Assembly: GCA_965248755.1 (NCBI GenBank)
Contig: OZ252149.1
Location: forward strand, 1,632,001 to 1,696,000
Direction of reading: 5' to 3'
Length of the DNA: 64,000 nucleotides
DNA from: Candidatus Latescibacterota bacterium
GTDB taxonomy: Bacteria > Latescibacterota > CBDEFO01
Shown: positions 52,486 to 61,892 of the stretch, piece by piece
Numbering within the stretch: position 1 is the stretch's first letter
Layout of the letters: each line of letters starts with the position of its first letter
Made by a program: the position numbers and the translations under genes
The notes under the pieces: model-generated
Database searches by the model: none
Seen by the model: the letters and a program-made list of their open reading frames with translations, nothing else
Told to the model about the DNA's origin: nothing

Positions 52486-53447
52486 ACGCAGAGCGACGGG
52501 TCGGATTATCGTTAAAGTGGAAGACCATCATACTTGGCATAGCAGGTCTTTACTTTGTTCAGACCTATCTTCTAAGAGGGTTGGAGGCTCACCAAGCTCT
52601 CGTAGCTCTTTTGATAGCGATATTAGTATGGAAAGCTTCAAGGGAGTTTCTGTCGCATTGGTGGCCCTTTATGCTCGTGTGGGTCTTATACGACCTGACT
52701 ATGAGAGGAATCGCACAAAAGATAGCAGGACGCGTCAACGTAAAGATGCCTTACAAGATAGAGGAATTTCTCTTTTCAGACCTCTTCCAGGGCAAAATAC
52801 CTCCCTTTTGGTTTCAAGATCTAAGAGGATCTATTGACGGGACATATTTGAAGGTGGGATTGGACGTTCTATCCTCAGTGTGTTATTCTCTACATATGAT
52901 CTTTCCACTTATCGCCGCGTGGGTCCTGTGGAGAAGAGTGGAGGACAGAAAGCTGTTTCGGCAGTTTGCGCTTATATTTGCGGCAGTGAGTCTGATGGCC
53001 TTCCTAACCTATTATCTGTACCCTGCGGCACCCCCCTGGTACGTATACAGATATGGATTCGAGCAGCCGTCTTTGTCATTTTACGCCCACAGCGAGGCTT
53101 CCCTGGCCGACACAGATAAGTTTCTAGGATTTCCTCTCTTCCAGTTTGTCTACGACAACCTTAACTCCAACCAATTTGCTGCTATACCGTCCCTCCATGC
53201 TGCTTACCCTATTATCATAGCCATCTTTGCGTACAAAAAATACAAACATCCCGGTCTGCCCATAACGTTATACCCCGCAGGTGTCTGGTTTTCTGCAGTC
53301 TATCTGAATCACCACTATATAATTGACCTTCTAATCGCCCTTTTGTATGTGATTATTGCTTACCTTGCTATTGGGAAAGCACGTCTTTCAGGTCCTCAAG
53401 TTCATCTCTTGCCTTTTCAAGAGAAATCCTCTTTGAAAGCAGAATAA
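52482..53447 (+). CDS. PAP2 superfamily, Aur1/inositol-phosphorylceramide-synthase-like membrane enzyme
   Basis: YPAAPPWY, FAAIPSLHAAY, HHYIIDL. Confidence 0.82.
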   Translation: MNAERRVGLSLKWKTIILGIAGLYFVQTYLLRGLEAHQALVALLIAILVWKASREFLSHWWPFMLVWVLYDLTMRGIAQKIAGRVNVKMPYKIEEFLFSDLFQGKIPPFWFQDLRGSIDGTYLKVGLDVLSSVCYSLHMIFPLIAAWVLWRRVEDRKLFRQFALIFAAVSLMAFLTYYLYPAAPPWYVYRYGFEQPSLSFYAHSEASLADTDKFLGFPLFQFVYDNLNSNQFAAIPSLHAAYPIIIAIFAYKKYKHPGLPITLYPAGVWFSAVYLNHHYIIDLLIALLYVIIAYLAIGKARLSGPQVHLLPFQEKSSLKAE

Positions 53448-54060
53448 TGTAAAGCAGGGTGAAAGTGAAAAGGCAGAGCATCAACGTGCGGGACATCGAA
53501 GGCGGAGCCCCCGCTCCCAGACCCTCCGGTCTCATCATCACGGGAAGCGGATGGAGCGTCCTCCACCACGTGACGGAGACGTGTATGACGGGCACGTCCA
53601 AAAAGCCGACGATTCCAATAACCGCTGCGAATCTTGCGCTCTTTGAATAGTCCCCTGCGTAGGCCCTGACCATAATATAGCCCACGTAGATGAGCCAGAG
53701 TATAAGCGTAGTTGTAAGCCTTGCATCCCAGACCCACCAGACGCCCCAATCGTTCTTGGCCCAGATAGGACCGGTTAAGATGACGAGTGTGCAGAAGAAG
53801 AGGCCTACCTCTGCGGAGGAGTGGGCTATTATGTCCCATTTGCGCCGCTTCTCCCAGAGATAGAGGATGCTCGTTATGAAGACTATGAAAAAGGCTAAAA
53901 ACGAAACCCACGCAGAGGGAACATGAAAGTAGAATATCTTCTGACTGAGCCCAAGCGTCCTATCCGGCGGCGTATAGATGAATATGGCCCAGAGACATAC
54001 GATCATCAGCAGAGATACAACGCCGAGCAGTATATCCATGCCGGATATTTTCCTTTCCAT
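53368..54060 (-). CDS. ccmC: Heme exporter protein C
   Basis: IFYFHVPSAW, TGPIWAKNDWGVWWVWDARLT, WWRTLHP. Confidence 0.93.
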   Translation of the reverse strand: MERKISGMDILLGVVSLLMIVCLWAIFIYTPPDRTLGLSQKIFYFHVPSAWVSFLAFFIVFITSILYLWEKRRKWDIIAHSSAEVGLFFCTLVILTGPIWAKNDWGVWWVWDARLTTTLILWLIYVGYIMVRAYAGDYSKSARFAAVIGIVGFLDVPVIHVSVTWWRTLHPLPVMMRPEGLGAGAPPSMSRTLMLCLFTFTLLYIILLSKRISLEKARDELEDLKDVLSQ

Positions 54061-54202
54061 TTTATGTCTCTCCTCAGATTTACGGCGTCAAAAATGCAGA
54101 ATACGAAGGCCCACCGCTCAAGCTACAGCCGTTTTTTTAGCCGCCTGCTGTGCGAAATACCTCGCGGTGCAGAGCTTGCACCTGTCTTGCCAAATCCACC
54201 TG

Positions 54203-54817
54203 TTAACGGTCTATTTCACCAATCTGTTCGGCGAGCAGCAGGATCTGATTCTGATAGGTTTCCTTAGGTACGCTCCGCCCGATTCTTTCAAAGGCTCGGC
54301 GTAAGAGTCCATGAGCCTCCGCTTTGTTTCCTCGCAACAGGGCCTTGACCGCGGCAATAGCGTTCATCAAGGCGCTGTGTGTACGCGACCAGTCACTTCC
54401 TCTGGCCAAGTTATTGTTCAAGTCATACCTCGAATCCCGGTGAATCGATTTTGCGAAGATTCCAATATCCACGCGCCAGAACAGCGGTGTTCCAGCAAAT
54501 TGAACAAAGATGAGCCGATGTGTTTCTGAGTTCTGGAGGTCAGGGTCCGACCGCAATGATGCCACCGCGCAGACCTTTGAAAGATCTTCAAGGATCCCAT
54601 CTGCGCGCGAGGCGAAAAGCTCGTCCGGTACTTCCCAAGATATGTCGATATCGCTGTACTCATCCGCCCGCCCATCACCCAGCGAACCGCAAAGCCTGGC
54701 TTTAGAACCCGGTGCAGCATCTTCGAGACAGCCAAGGACTGCTTCCGCAAGAGACAATCGTAATAACGGGTCCAAATTCATTGTCAAGGTACTTGTCCTT
54801 GTCACAGAATAGCTCAT
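54203..54817 (-). CDS. Nucleotidyltransferase-domain protein
   Basis: GSLGDGRADEYSDID motif. Confidence 0.7.
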   Translation of the reverse strand: MSYSVTRTSTLTMNLDPLLRLSLAEAVLGCLEDAAPGSKARLCGSLGDGRADEYSDIDISWEVPDELFASRADGILEDLSKVCAVASLRSDPDLQNSETHRLIFVQFAGTPLFWRVDIGIFAKSIHRDSRYDLNNNLARGSDWSRTHSALMNAIAAVKALLRGNKAEAHGLLRRAFERIGRSVPKETYQNQILLLAEQIGEIDR

Positions 54818-54857
54818 CTAGGAATGTGTACCGGAGGTAAAAAGCTGTTAACTGCGG

Positions 54858-55535
54858 TTACTCCTCTATTACGAAGTCAAAGACTATTACGGAGACTGCC
54901 AGGAAAAGGGCTATAAAGACTACAAGGAGCTTGATCCACCTTGTTATCTCTCCAAATGCCCCACCATCCAGAATCGTGCCCGTAGCCTGTACAGAGGCGA
55001 TTACTATGGGAGAAATTACAGGGAAGAGGAGCACAGGGAGCATTACGTCCCTCATTTTGGTGTTGGCCGATATGGCGGCAAACAGGGTCCCGACACAGCA
55101 GAATCCGAGCGTCCCCAAAAGGATGATCAAAAGGAGCTGAGGCAGAACGTGGATAATAGGAACGTTTAAAAAGACCGCGAAAGGCAAGAGTGTGATAAGC
55201 TCTATTATGGTCATGAATATGAAATTGCCTACCATCTTTCCAAGATAGATTGCGCTCCTGTCCACAGGGCACAGTAGGAGCCCCTGCAGTGAGCCCGTGT
55301 CCTGCTCCTGAGCAAAAGACCTGTTCAGACCGAGCGTCCCTGAGAATATGAAGGCGACCCACAGGATTCCCGGCGCTATCTTTCTCATCTGGAGAGCACC
55401 TGTGCTAAATGAGAAGTTGAAGACTACTATAACTATCAGCGAGAAGACAAACATTGAGCTTATCTTCTCTTTAGTTCTGAGTTCTGTCAGGAGATCTTTC
55501 CAGAGGATGGTCACTATCTTTTTAAGGAAATTCAT
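54858..55535 (-). CDS. ccmB: Heme exporter protein B
   Basis: WKDLLTELR, APGILWV, LPVLLFP. Confidence 0.92.
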   Translation of the reverse strand: MNFLKKIVTILWKDLLTELRTKEKISSMFVFSLIVIVVFNFSFSTGALQMRKIAPGILWVAFIFSGTLGLNRSFAQEQDTGSLQGLLLCPVDRSAIYLGKMVGNFIFMTIIELITLLPFAVFLNVPIIHVLPQLLLIILLGTLGFCCVGTLFAAISANTKMRDVMLPVLLFPVISPIVIASVQATGTILDGGAFGEITRWIKLLVVFIALFLAVSVIVFDFVIEE

Positions 55536-55634
55536 CTTGTGCTTTACTGTTTACTGGGCGTGTCAGACAGGAATGTCTGACCCACCACACATAGGTTCGC
55601 CCCTACATGCCTTTCCCTGTCTACTGTATGCTGT

Positions 55635-56357
55635 CTACTGTTCTTTGACGTGCTGACGATATATCTCTTTAAAGTCTTCTAATTTGTCCCCATCAGCTTC
55701 CATCGTCCTTTGATGATAAACGAATTTTCCTCTTGCTAGTATAGCCGCCCTATCGGAAAGCTGAAGTCCCTTTTCCATATTGTGAGTTGCCATTATTATA
55801 GTTCTTTTGCCTTTTTTGAGATCCTCTAAGATGTCTGTGAACGTCTCGGAGGCGTTCTGGTCAAGTCCTGTATAGGGTTCGTCTAAAAGGAGTATAGGAG
55901 GAGAGTGAAGAAGGGCTCTTGCAATTGAGAGCCTCTGCTTTTGTCCCCTTGAGAAGGCCGATACTCTGTCGTCCTTCCTGTGGGACATTCCGATCTGTTC
56001 AAGTGACAAAGAGATCCTTTCACCCAGGTCGGACACATCGTACATCGCGCCGTAGAACCTCAAGTTCTCCTCTGCTGTAAGCTCCTCGTAGAGAAAGCTA
56101 TTGTGGGATATTACTCCGATTTGTGCTCTCATCTTCGCAGGATCGCGCCCGAGATCAATTCCGTTTATATAGACCTTTCCCTCTGTGGGCTTTGAAGAAG
56201 CTGAGATGAGATTGACAAGCGTAGTCTTGCCCGCTCCGTTGGGACCGAAGATGGCAAGAAACTCCCCTTTATCCAGCTGGAGGTCTATTTGGCTTAAAGC
56301 CTTGATTTTTCCGAAGGTCTTGGAGAGGTTGACTACGTTGATAGCGGGTCGGTCCAT
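55635..56357 (-). CDS. ccmA: Heme ABC exporter ATP-binding protein
   Basis: GPNGAGKTT, FSRGQKQRL, LLDEPYTGLD; operon context. Confidence 0.9.
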   Translation of the reverse strand: MDRPAINVVNLSKTFGKIKALSQIDLQLDKGEFLAIFGPNGAGKTTLVNLISASSKPTEGKVYINGIDLGRDPAKMRAQIGVISHNSFLYEELTAEENLRFYGAMYDVSDLGERISLSLEQIGMSHRKDDRVSAFSRGQKQRLSIARALLHSPPILLLDEPYTGLDQNASETFTDILEDLKKGKRTIIMATHNMEKGLQLSDRAAILARGKFVYHQRTMEADGDKLEDFKEIYRQHVKEQ

Positions 56358-56401
56358 CGGGACTCCCGAAAAGTATCGATGGGAAGAAAAGTAGAGTGTG
56401 G

Positions 56402-56923
56402 TTAGGTGGTCTGGCTCTCTGCATCTGTTTGTAACTTGGCCCCGCAGTTAGCGCAGAATTGGTCTTTCTTATCGTATGGATCTCCGCAGGCTGGACAGAT
56501 GCTGTCAAGCTTGAATCCACAGTTAGCGCAGTAGTTGTGATTCGATGTGTTCTCCCTGTGGCACTGGGGACAGATGATATGTCTCTTCCCAGGGGTAGGA
56601 GTATGAGCCTTGCGCCTCTTGCGCCTGCCATTTAGCCTGTCTATTTCCTGAAGGATGGCCGCGGCTTCGAGCTTGTATTCGTTCACAACTTGTCGATGAT
56701 CTTCTTCCAGGAGCTTGCCCATACTAAGGTCGAAGTTGGCGTCTTTTATGGATGCGTATATCTGCTCCTTGCGGATGGCAAGATCTGCAAGCCCGTCCTT
56801 TAAGGTGGAGCCTTCTTCAGCTCCTGACGGCCTCTTGGATAGAAGGGGATAGCTGACGAATGCTAAGACTGCAGCGCCTATTACTGTGTAAAATACGAGT
56901 AACATATCGGGTTCTATGTGCAA
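56402..56923 (-). CDS. CcmI-like N-terminus + double zinc-ribbon protein
   Basis: Transmembrane helix, IKDANFDLSMGKL, CPQC/CANC/CPAC/CANC. Confidence 0.75.
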   Translation of the reverse strand: MHIEPDMLLVFYTVIGAAVLAFVSYPLLSKRPSGAEEGSTLKDGLADLAIRKEQIYASIKDANFDLSMGKLLEEDHRQVVNEYKLEAAAILQEIDRLNGRRKRRKAHTPTPGKRHIICPQCHRENTSNHNYCANCGFKLDSICPACGDPYDKKDQFCANCGAKLQTDAESQTT

Positions 56924-56929
56924 AGAGAA

Positions 56930-57421
56930 CTATTCGAATTCATCAAGTTCGCGTTCAACTCTTTCTATATACTCGGAATCAGGGATTTCGCCCCTTTTAG
57001 GGCGACTCGATCCGGCCACAGAGTCGGAATTCGACCTCTGGGCGCTCTTTTTCCATCTGACAACCAGACCCCTTAATAATACTCCGCCCAATATTAAAGC
57101 GACAAAAGGCATTGCCCAGGCGGTCAGGTTGAAGCCCGTCTTTGTAGGGGCTGCAAGCACCGCTTCGCCAAATTTATCTACATAAAGGGCTACTATTCTC
57201 TCCTTCGAGTAACCCTTTATGATCAGTTGATCTATCTGTGTTGCTTCACTTTGGGACCATCCGCAGTCGGCTTTGTTGATGCAAGCGCTCAGGATCAGGT
57301 TTCCGCATCCGCCGCATTGGCAGGCAAGTTCATCAGCCACTTCTTTGGTCTCGACGGCGATGAGCCAAGACGGAACCAAAAAGGGCAGCAATATAAGTGT
57401 AAACACTATATTCTTTGCCAT
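56930..57421 (-). CDS. ccmH: Cytochrome c biogenesis protein CcmH
   Basis: LACQCGGC, KFGEAVLAAP, AWAMP. Confidence 0.85.
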   Translation of the reverse strand: MAKNIVFTLILLPFLVPSWLIAVETKEVADELACQCGGCGNLILSACINKADCGWSQSEATQIDQLIIKGYSKERIVALYVDKFGEAVLAAPTKTGFNLTAWAMPFVALILGGVLLRGLVVRWKKSAQRSNSDSVAGSSRPKRGEIPDSEYIERVERELDEFE

Positions 57422-57454
57422 TGATAATCACCTCTTTAACTTACAACACTTGCG

Positions 57455-59491
57455 TCACTTAACCAATGAGACCTTCGTCTTCCTTTTCTCCGTTATCTGC
57501 ACCTTCGTTTTATCTCTTCTTATCTTCTCGCGAGGATCTATATCCTCTTTTTCCGGGTACATTGTGATGATTGTACCCAGGATCAACACGACACCGCCTA
57601 TCCAGAGCCACATGACCAGCGGATTGATGAAGGCGTTGAATATGGCCTGTCCTGACTCTGGGTCGAGCTGAGCAAGGACTATGTAGAGGTCTTCCTTTAG
57701 CGTGGAACGGATGGCAACCGCCGTCTGAGGCTGGACGTCCTGTCTTGTGGAATGGAAGAAGTATTTTCTCGGATGCAGTACGTCAATCCTCTCTCCATCT
57801 TTGTGGACAGAAATAGTCGTAGATTGGACGTCTTTATCGGGGTCTTCGTAGGTTGAGAACTTGTCGTAATGGAGTGTGTAGTTTCTGAGCTGCATCTTAT
57901 CACCTGTTTGGAGGAGCTGACCTGTGATCTCAGTTCTGAAGGCGTTTCCAGCGATGGACATAAATATAAGGACGATCCCGATGTGGACTATATAACCTCC
58001 ATATCTCCTCCTGTTCTTCCAGACAAGGTTCCAGAGAGCTTGAGCATACGTCTCGTTGTTAGAAATGTGTCTTGCTCTTACCCCCCTGTAGAATTCGCTG
58101 ACTATTGAAGCGGTGACAAATACGCACAGCGTGAAGGAGACAAGGGCGTACCAGTTGGTGATTTTAAGGGCTAAGAAGATGGGAATCGCAAGCAGAGCCA
58201 CTACAGTCGGATAGAGGAAGTGCCTTTTGAGGTTTTTTACAGATGTCCTGCGCCAGGCCAACAGGGGACCTGCTCCTGTAAGGAAGAGTAAAATGATACC
58301 TATGGGAAGGGTAATCTGGTTGAAAAACGGGGCTCCGACAGTGATCTTAACTCCCTTTACGGCTTCTGATATGATGGGGAAGATGGTGCCCCAGAACACT
58401 GCAAAAAATGCACCGACCAGTATTAGGTTGTTGACCATAAATCCCATCTCTCTGGAGACGAAGGATTCTAAATGGTTTCGGCTCTTAAGTTGTGGGAATC
58501 GGTAAGCGACAAGGGCAAAAGCAAAGGCAAAAATCGCTATTATGATGGCCAAAAAATAGTATCCTATTGAGGATTCAGCGAAGGTGTGAACAGAGTTGAC
58601 TATACCGCTCCTTGTGAGGAATGTCCCGAAGATGCACATAGTGAACGTGAGGATAATAAGTATCATGTTCCAGATTTTGAGCATACTTTTCTTTTCCTGT
58701 ATCATCACAGAGTGGAGAAAGGCCGTACCCAGAAGCCAGGGCATCAACGCTGAATTTTCCACAGGGTCCCAACCCCAGTATCCGCCCCATCCGATCACGA
58801 CGTACGCCCAGTTTGCGCCGAGAAGCAGTCCACAGGCCAGCAAGAACCAGGAGAAGATAGACCATTTTCTGGTGGTCTTGATCCAGGCGTTTCCGAGGTT
58901 TCCAGTTATGAGGGCTGCCATGGCAAAGGCAAAAGGAACGGTGAATCCCGAATATCCCAGAAAGACCATAGGAGGATGGATAGCCATCGCAGGATACTGA
59001 AGGAGCGGGTTCATGCCCTGTCCGTCAGGAGGCGTAAATGGGAGTTTATCAAAGGGATTGGACGTTGCAATATTTATGAACATAAAGCAGGCGACTACTC
59101 CCATGATAACGGCTGTGACATAGGGCATAAGGTCTCTGTTTTTGTGTCTATTAAGCACTATTGCCATGAATGCAAAAAGGGATATGAACCACTCCCACAT
59201 AAGGAGAGATCCTTCGTGTCCTGCCCAGAAAGCCGCAAACACATAGGGTAGGGACTGTGTGCTGTTGGAGTGGCTGGCCACGTATTCCACCTGAAAGTCT
59301 CCTATCAGGAAGGAATACACAAGACATAGAGACGCCAACGTCAACAGGCCAAAGACGGCCTTCGCGGCGTTTTGAGCGCTTTTTACAAGGTCGTCTTTCC
59401 TCAATCTGTCTCCGAGTACACATATCAAAATGGAGTACAAAGAAAGGATGAACGCCAACGTGAGTGAAAAAGATCCGATGTCTGCTGCCAT
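57455..59491 (-). CDS. ccmF: Heme lyase CcmF
   Basis: WAGHEGSLL, GMNPLLQ, HPP, WGGYWGWDPVEN, TRSGIVNSVHTF. Confidence 0.95.
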   Translation of the reverse strand: MAADIGSFSLTLAFILSLYSILICVLGDRLRKDDLVKSAQNAAKAVFGLLTLASLCLVYSFLIGDFQVEYVASHSNSTQSLPYVFAAFWAGHEGSLLMWEWFISLFAFMAIVLNRHKNRDLMPYVTAVIMGVVACFMFINIATSNPFDKLPFTPPDGQGMNPLLQYPAMAIHPPMVFLGYSGFTVPFAFAMAALITGNLGNAWIKTTRKWSIFSWFLLACGLLLGANWAYVVIGWGGYWGWDPVENSALMPWLLGTAFLHSVMIQEKKSMLKIWNMILIILTFTMCIFGTFLTRSGIVNSVHTFAESSIGYYFLAIIIAIFAFAFALVAYRFPQLKSRNHLESFVSREMGFMVNNLILVGAFFAVFWGTIFPIISEAVKGVKITVGAPFFNQITLPIGIILLFLTGAGPLLAWRRTSVKNLKRHFLYPTVVALLAIPIFLALKITNWYALVSFTLCVFVTASIVSEFYRGVRARHISNNETYAQALWNLVWKNRRRYGGYIVHIGIVLIFMSIAGNAFRTEITGQLLQTGDKMQLRNYTLHYDKFSTYEDPDKDVQSTTISVHKDGERIDVLHPRKYFFHSTRQDVQPQTAVAIRSTLKEDLYIVLAQLDPESGQAIFNAFINPLVMWLWIGGVVLILGTIITMYPEKEDIDPREKIRRDKTKVQITEKRKTKVSLVK

Positions 59492-59492
59492 A

Positions 59493-59918
59493 CTAATTCC
59501 TATATGATGATGAGTCTGTGGCGGCCTCGTGTTCTTTATAGTCCTGTCCTTCGTACTTGGAAGGACATTTGGCCATTACGGTTTCGGCCTCGAAGGTCCT
59601 GTCTGTGTAATACCTGCCCTCAGCCACGACCTCTACTCCGTCTTTGAAAGTATCAGGGACTACGCCTGTGTAAGTGATGGGTATCCTTCTGTCATCCTGG
59701 GCGATCACAAACTGCATCTTGAGACTGTTGAGACTCTTTTGAATTGAGCCGTCCACGACGTTCCCAACCACGCGTAGCGTTTTATCGTAGACAGGAGCAG
59801 CTTCAAGCTCCTCTATTGTTACATAATAGACCATCGTCTTTTCAAAGCCCGTATAGATGAGATAGAAAAGGGCTATAATGACCACGCCGAGACTGATGTA
59901 GTATTTAGCTTGCTTCAT
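59493..59918 (-). CDS. ccmE: Heme chaperone CcmE (CxxxY variant)
   Basis: PDTFKDG, MAKCPSKYE. Confidence 0.93.
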   Translation of the reverse strand: MKQAKYYISLGVVIIALFYLIYTGFEKTMVYYVTIEELEAAPVYDKTLRVVGNVVDGSIQKSLNSLKMQFVIAQDDRRIPITYTGVVPDTFKDGVEVVAEGRYYTDRTFEAETVMAKCPSKYEGQDYKEHEAATDSSSYRN

Positions 59919-59930
59919 GTTGACATCCTT

Positions 59931-60159
59931 TTATCGTTCTTGCATTTGTGGGCTGACTTCCAGCTCTTTGCATTGCTCATAATCCGCAAAATCGTCGTAA
60001 TAACTACACAAAACCTTGATCGCGTCTCCTGGGCCTCTTGCTGGTAGTCCAGATCCGCTTCTTCGTGGAAAACGTCTCCAAGTCAAACGAATTCCAGTTG
60101 GCAGATGAAGTGTCAAACTACAAATCGTCCACCATGTCCTGCAGGCATACTCGCGCCAT
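59931..60159 (-). pseudogene. Decayed N-terminal remnant resembling a type III restriction (Res) subunit
   Basis: MARVCLQDMVDDL*FDTSSANWNSFDLETFSTKKRIW, then frameshifted DYQQEA and AIKVLCSYYDDFADY; recognised from memory of Res N-termini. Confidence 0.5.
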
Positions 60160-60163
60160 CTCC

Positions 60164-60508
60164 TCACTCGGCTTTCGTCAAAATGTCTTCAATGTGAGGA
60201 AGAATGTCCGGGAGTTGCTCTTTGGCGATCGTCCACACAATCTCATAGTCGATGCCAAAGTAGTGATGGATCATTTTATCTCTTACGCCAGCCAGGTCTC
60301 TCCATGGAATCTGGCTGTAGGTCTTTCTCAGGTGACTGGATAGATTCTTCGTCGCTTCACCGATGACCTCAAGATTGCGAACGACTGCATCCTGAGTCTT
60401 GATGTCTTTCATAAACTGCTCGAAGGTCAGGCCCGCGCTATATATCACAATTCTCCGCATCGCCTCAAGGATATCACTCAGATAGTCCCCGTTTCTTCGC
60501 TCAGACAT
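60164..60508 (-). CDS. HEPN (DUF86/HepT-like) RNase toxin
   Basis: QDAVVRNLEVIGEA; R-x4-H motif RDKMIH. Confidence 0.9.
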   Translation of the reverse strand: MSERRNGDYLSDILEAMRRIVIYSAGLTFEQFMKDIKTQDAVVRNLEVIGEATKNLSSHLRKTYSQIPWRDLAGVRDKMIHHYFGIDYEIVWTIAKEQLPDILPHIEDILTKAE

Positions 60509-60824
60509 AGCTCAGGGTGCTTTCGATGTTGGAAGCAATGTCTCTGTATCTGGGATTTTCAATGCTCCTGTGCAGGGTATCCAAGGTGGCCAGGTCCACT
60601 TTCCTGCCCAGCGCCTCCTCAAGATGATAGGCAAGTTCGACAAACTCCAGGCCAAGAGGTCTTACGAGCTGGACAAGGATGTCAATATCACTTTTTTTGG
60701 TAGGATCACCCTTCGCAAACGAGCCGTAGATAGCTATCCTTACCACGCCGTATTCACCTCGCAAATACGGCAGTTCCTCTCTCAATATTTGCAAGACTTT
60801 TTCTTTGGTCAGAGTATCTTTCAC
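60501..60824 (-). CDS. MNT nucleotidyltransferase antitoxin
   Basis: YGSFAKG...SDIDILV, LGRKVDL. Confidence 0.9.
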   Translation of the reverse strand: MKDTLTKEKVLQILREELPYLRGEYGVVRIAIYGSFAKGDPTKKSDIDILVQLVRPLGLEFVELAYHLEEALGRKVDLATLDTLHRSIENPRYRDIASNIESTLSYV

Positions 60825-60948
60825 GCCCTCACCACCAGATCAACGGTTTGATGAGTCCGTAGTCCAAATTCTCGCCGTCGATTTTGACAGCATTTGAAGT
60901 TATACCTTAGGCTTATCAAATCAGTATTCTTACATGAAATTTAGCTTG

Positions 60949-61281
60949 TTAGGAATTTCGTTTTATTTGTTTCTTGACTGTTGTAAGCTCATCTGTAACA
61001 ATTTGCCATATGATGCGGGGACTCACATCAAAATACTCATGAGCAATTCTATTTCTCAGTCCGACGACACCTTGCCAATCTATCTCTGGATATTTCCTCT
61101 AGATTTCTTGGGGCATAAACTTCGATGCTTCACCGATGATCTCAAAGTTTCTCACTACCGCATCTATCGTTTTTCTATCCTGTTGGAAATCAGCAAACTC
61201 CATATGCTCAGTATATTTTTGGATTAACTCAATAGATTCTAAAATATCCTCCACGTAGAGTCGCCATTCTCTTTTAGACAT
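60949..61281 (-). pseudogene. Second HEPN (DUF86) toxin, interrupted by an in-frame TAG at 61099-61101
   Basis: After the TAG the frame continues RKYPEIDWQGVVGLRNRIAHEYFDV...RNS*, including the R-x4-H motif. Confidence 0.85.
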
Positions 61282-61564
61282 ACGTTAAATCTTCTTTGAT
61301 ATATTTCCATCTGTTAGGTTTAATACCATCCTGCGTCACTAAATCAACCTTCACTCCTAATGCTTCTTCCAAAAAGTCCGCCAGATGAATGAACAGAAAC
61401 CCAACAGGCTCCCTAAACTTTACCAAAATATCGAGGTCACTTTTTTCATCTTGGTCATCTCTAACATAGGAGCCAAAGATGGCAATTTCTTTGACCTTGT
61501 ATTTCTCCTCCAACTCTTGTCTGTGCTGTTTGATGACTTCTCTAATTTCTTCTACATTTTTCAT
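61274..61564 (-). CDS. MNT nucleotidyltransferase antitoxin (second)
   Basis: IFGSYVR...SDLDILV, LGVKVDLV. Confidence 0.9.
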   Translation of the reverse strand: MKNVEEIREVIKQHRQELEEKYKVKEIAIFGSYVRDDQDEKSDLDILVKFREPVGFLFIHLADFLEEALGVKVDLVTQDGIKPNRWKYIKEDLTYV

Positions 61565-61892
61565 ATCCTTACCACCGACTCAAGAGTTCGATAAGTCTGC
61601 AGTCCAAATTCTTGATGTCCACCGTTTCACGAGATCCAAATTCCACACGGTTTCGCAATGTCCTGGAGCTTGTGGCCAAAAGGTTTAAATAGCCGGAATC
61701 ACCTTCCACGCATGATCTGGATTAAAGATCTGAGTATAAATTATAGCAAATATAAGAGCAAAAGCCAAGTGAAATCTGGTGAGAGGGTTCAGAAAAGCAA
61801 AAAGGTAGGCATGGTCGCAAGAAAAGGTCAGAACAGAGGGAGGGAAAGCGGTGCCCTGTCTACCCCCGATTGAGTCTATCGGGGATCGGGGG

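Noticed and set aside
29548..61101. Genome-wide stop-codon reassignment to explain in-frame stops at 29548, 54203 and 61099
   Set aside because: The stops are mixed (TAA, TAG) and all three stop codons end conserved genes normally; only the TGA at 63147 has a Cys-motif context and a SECIS-like hairpin.
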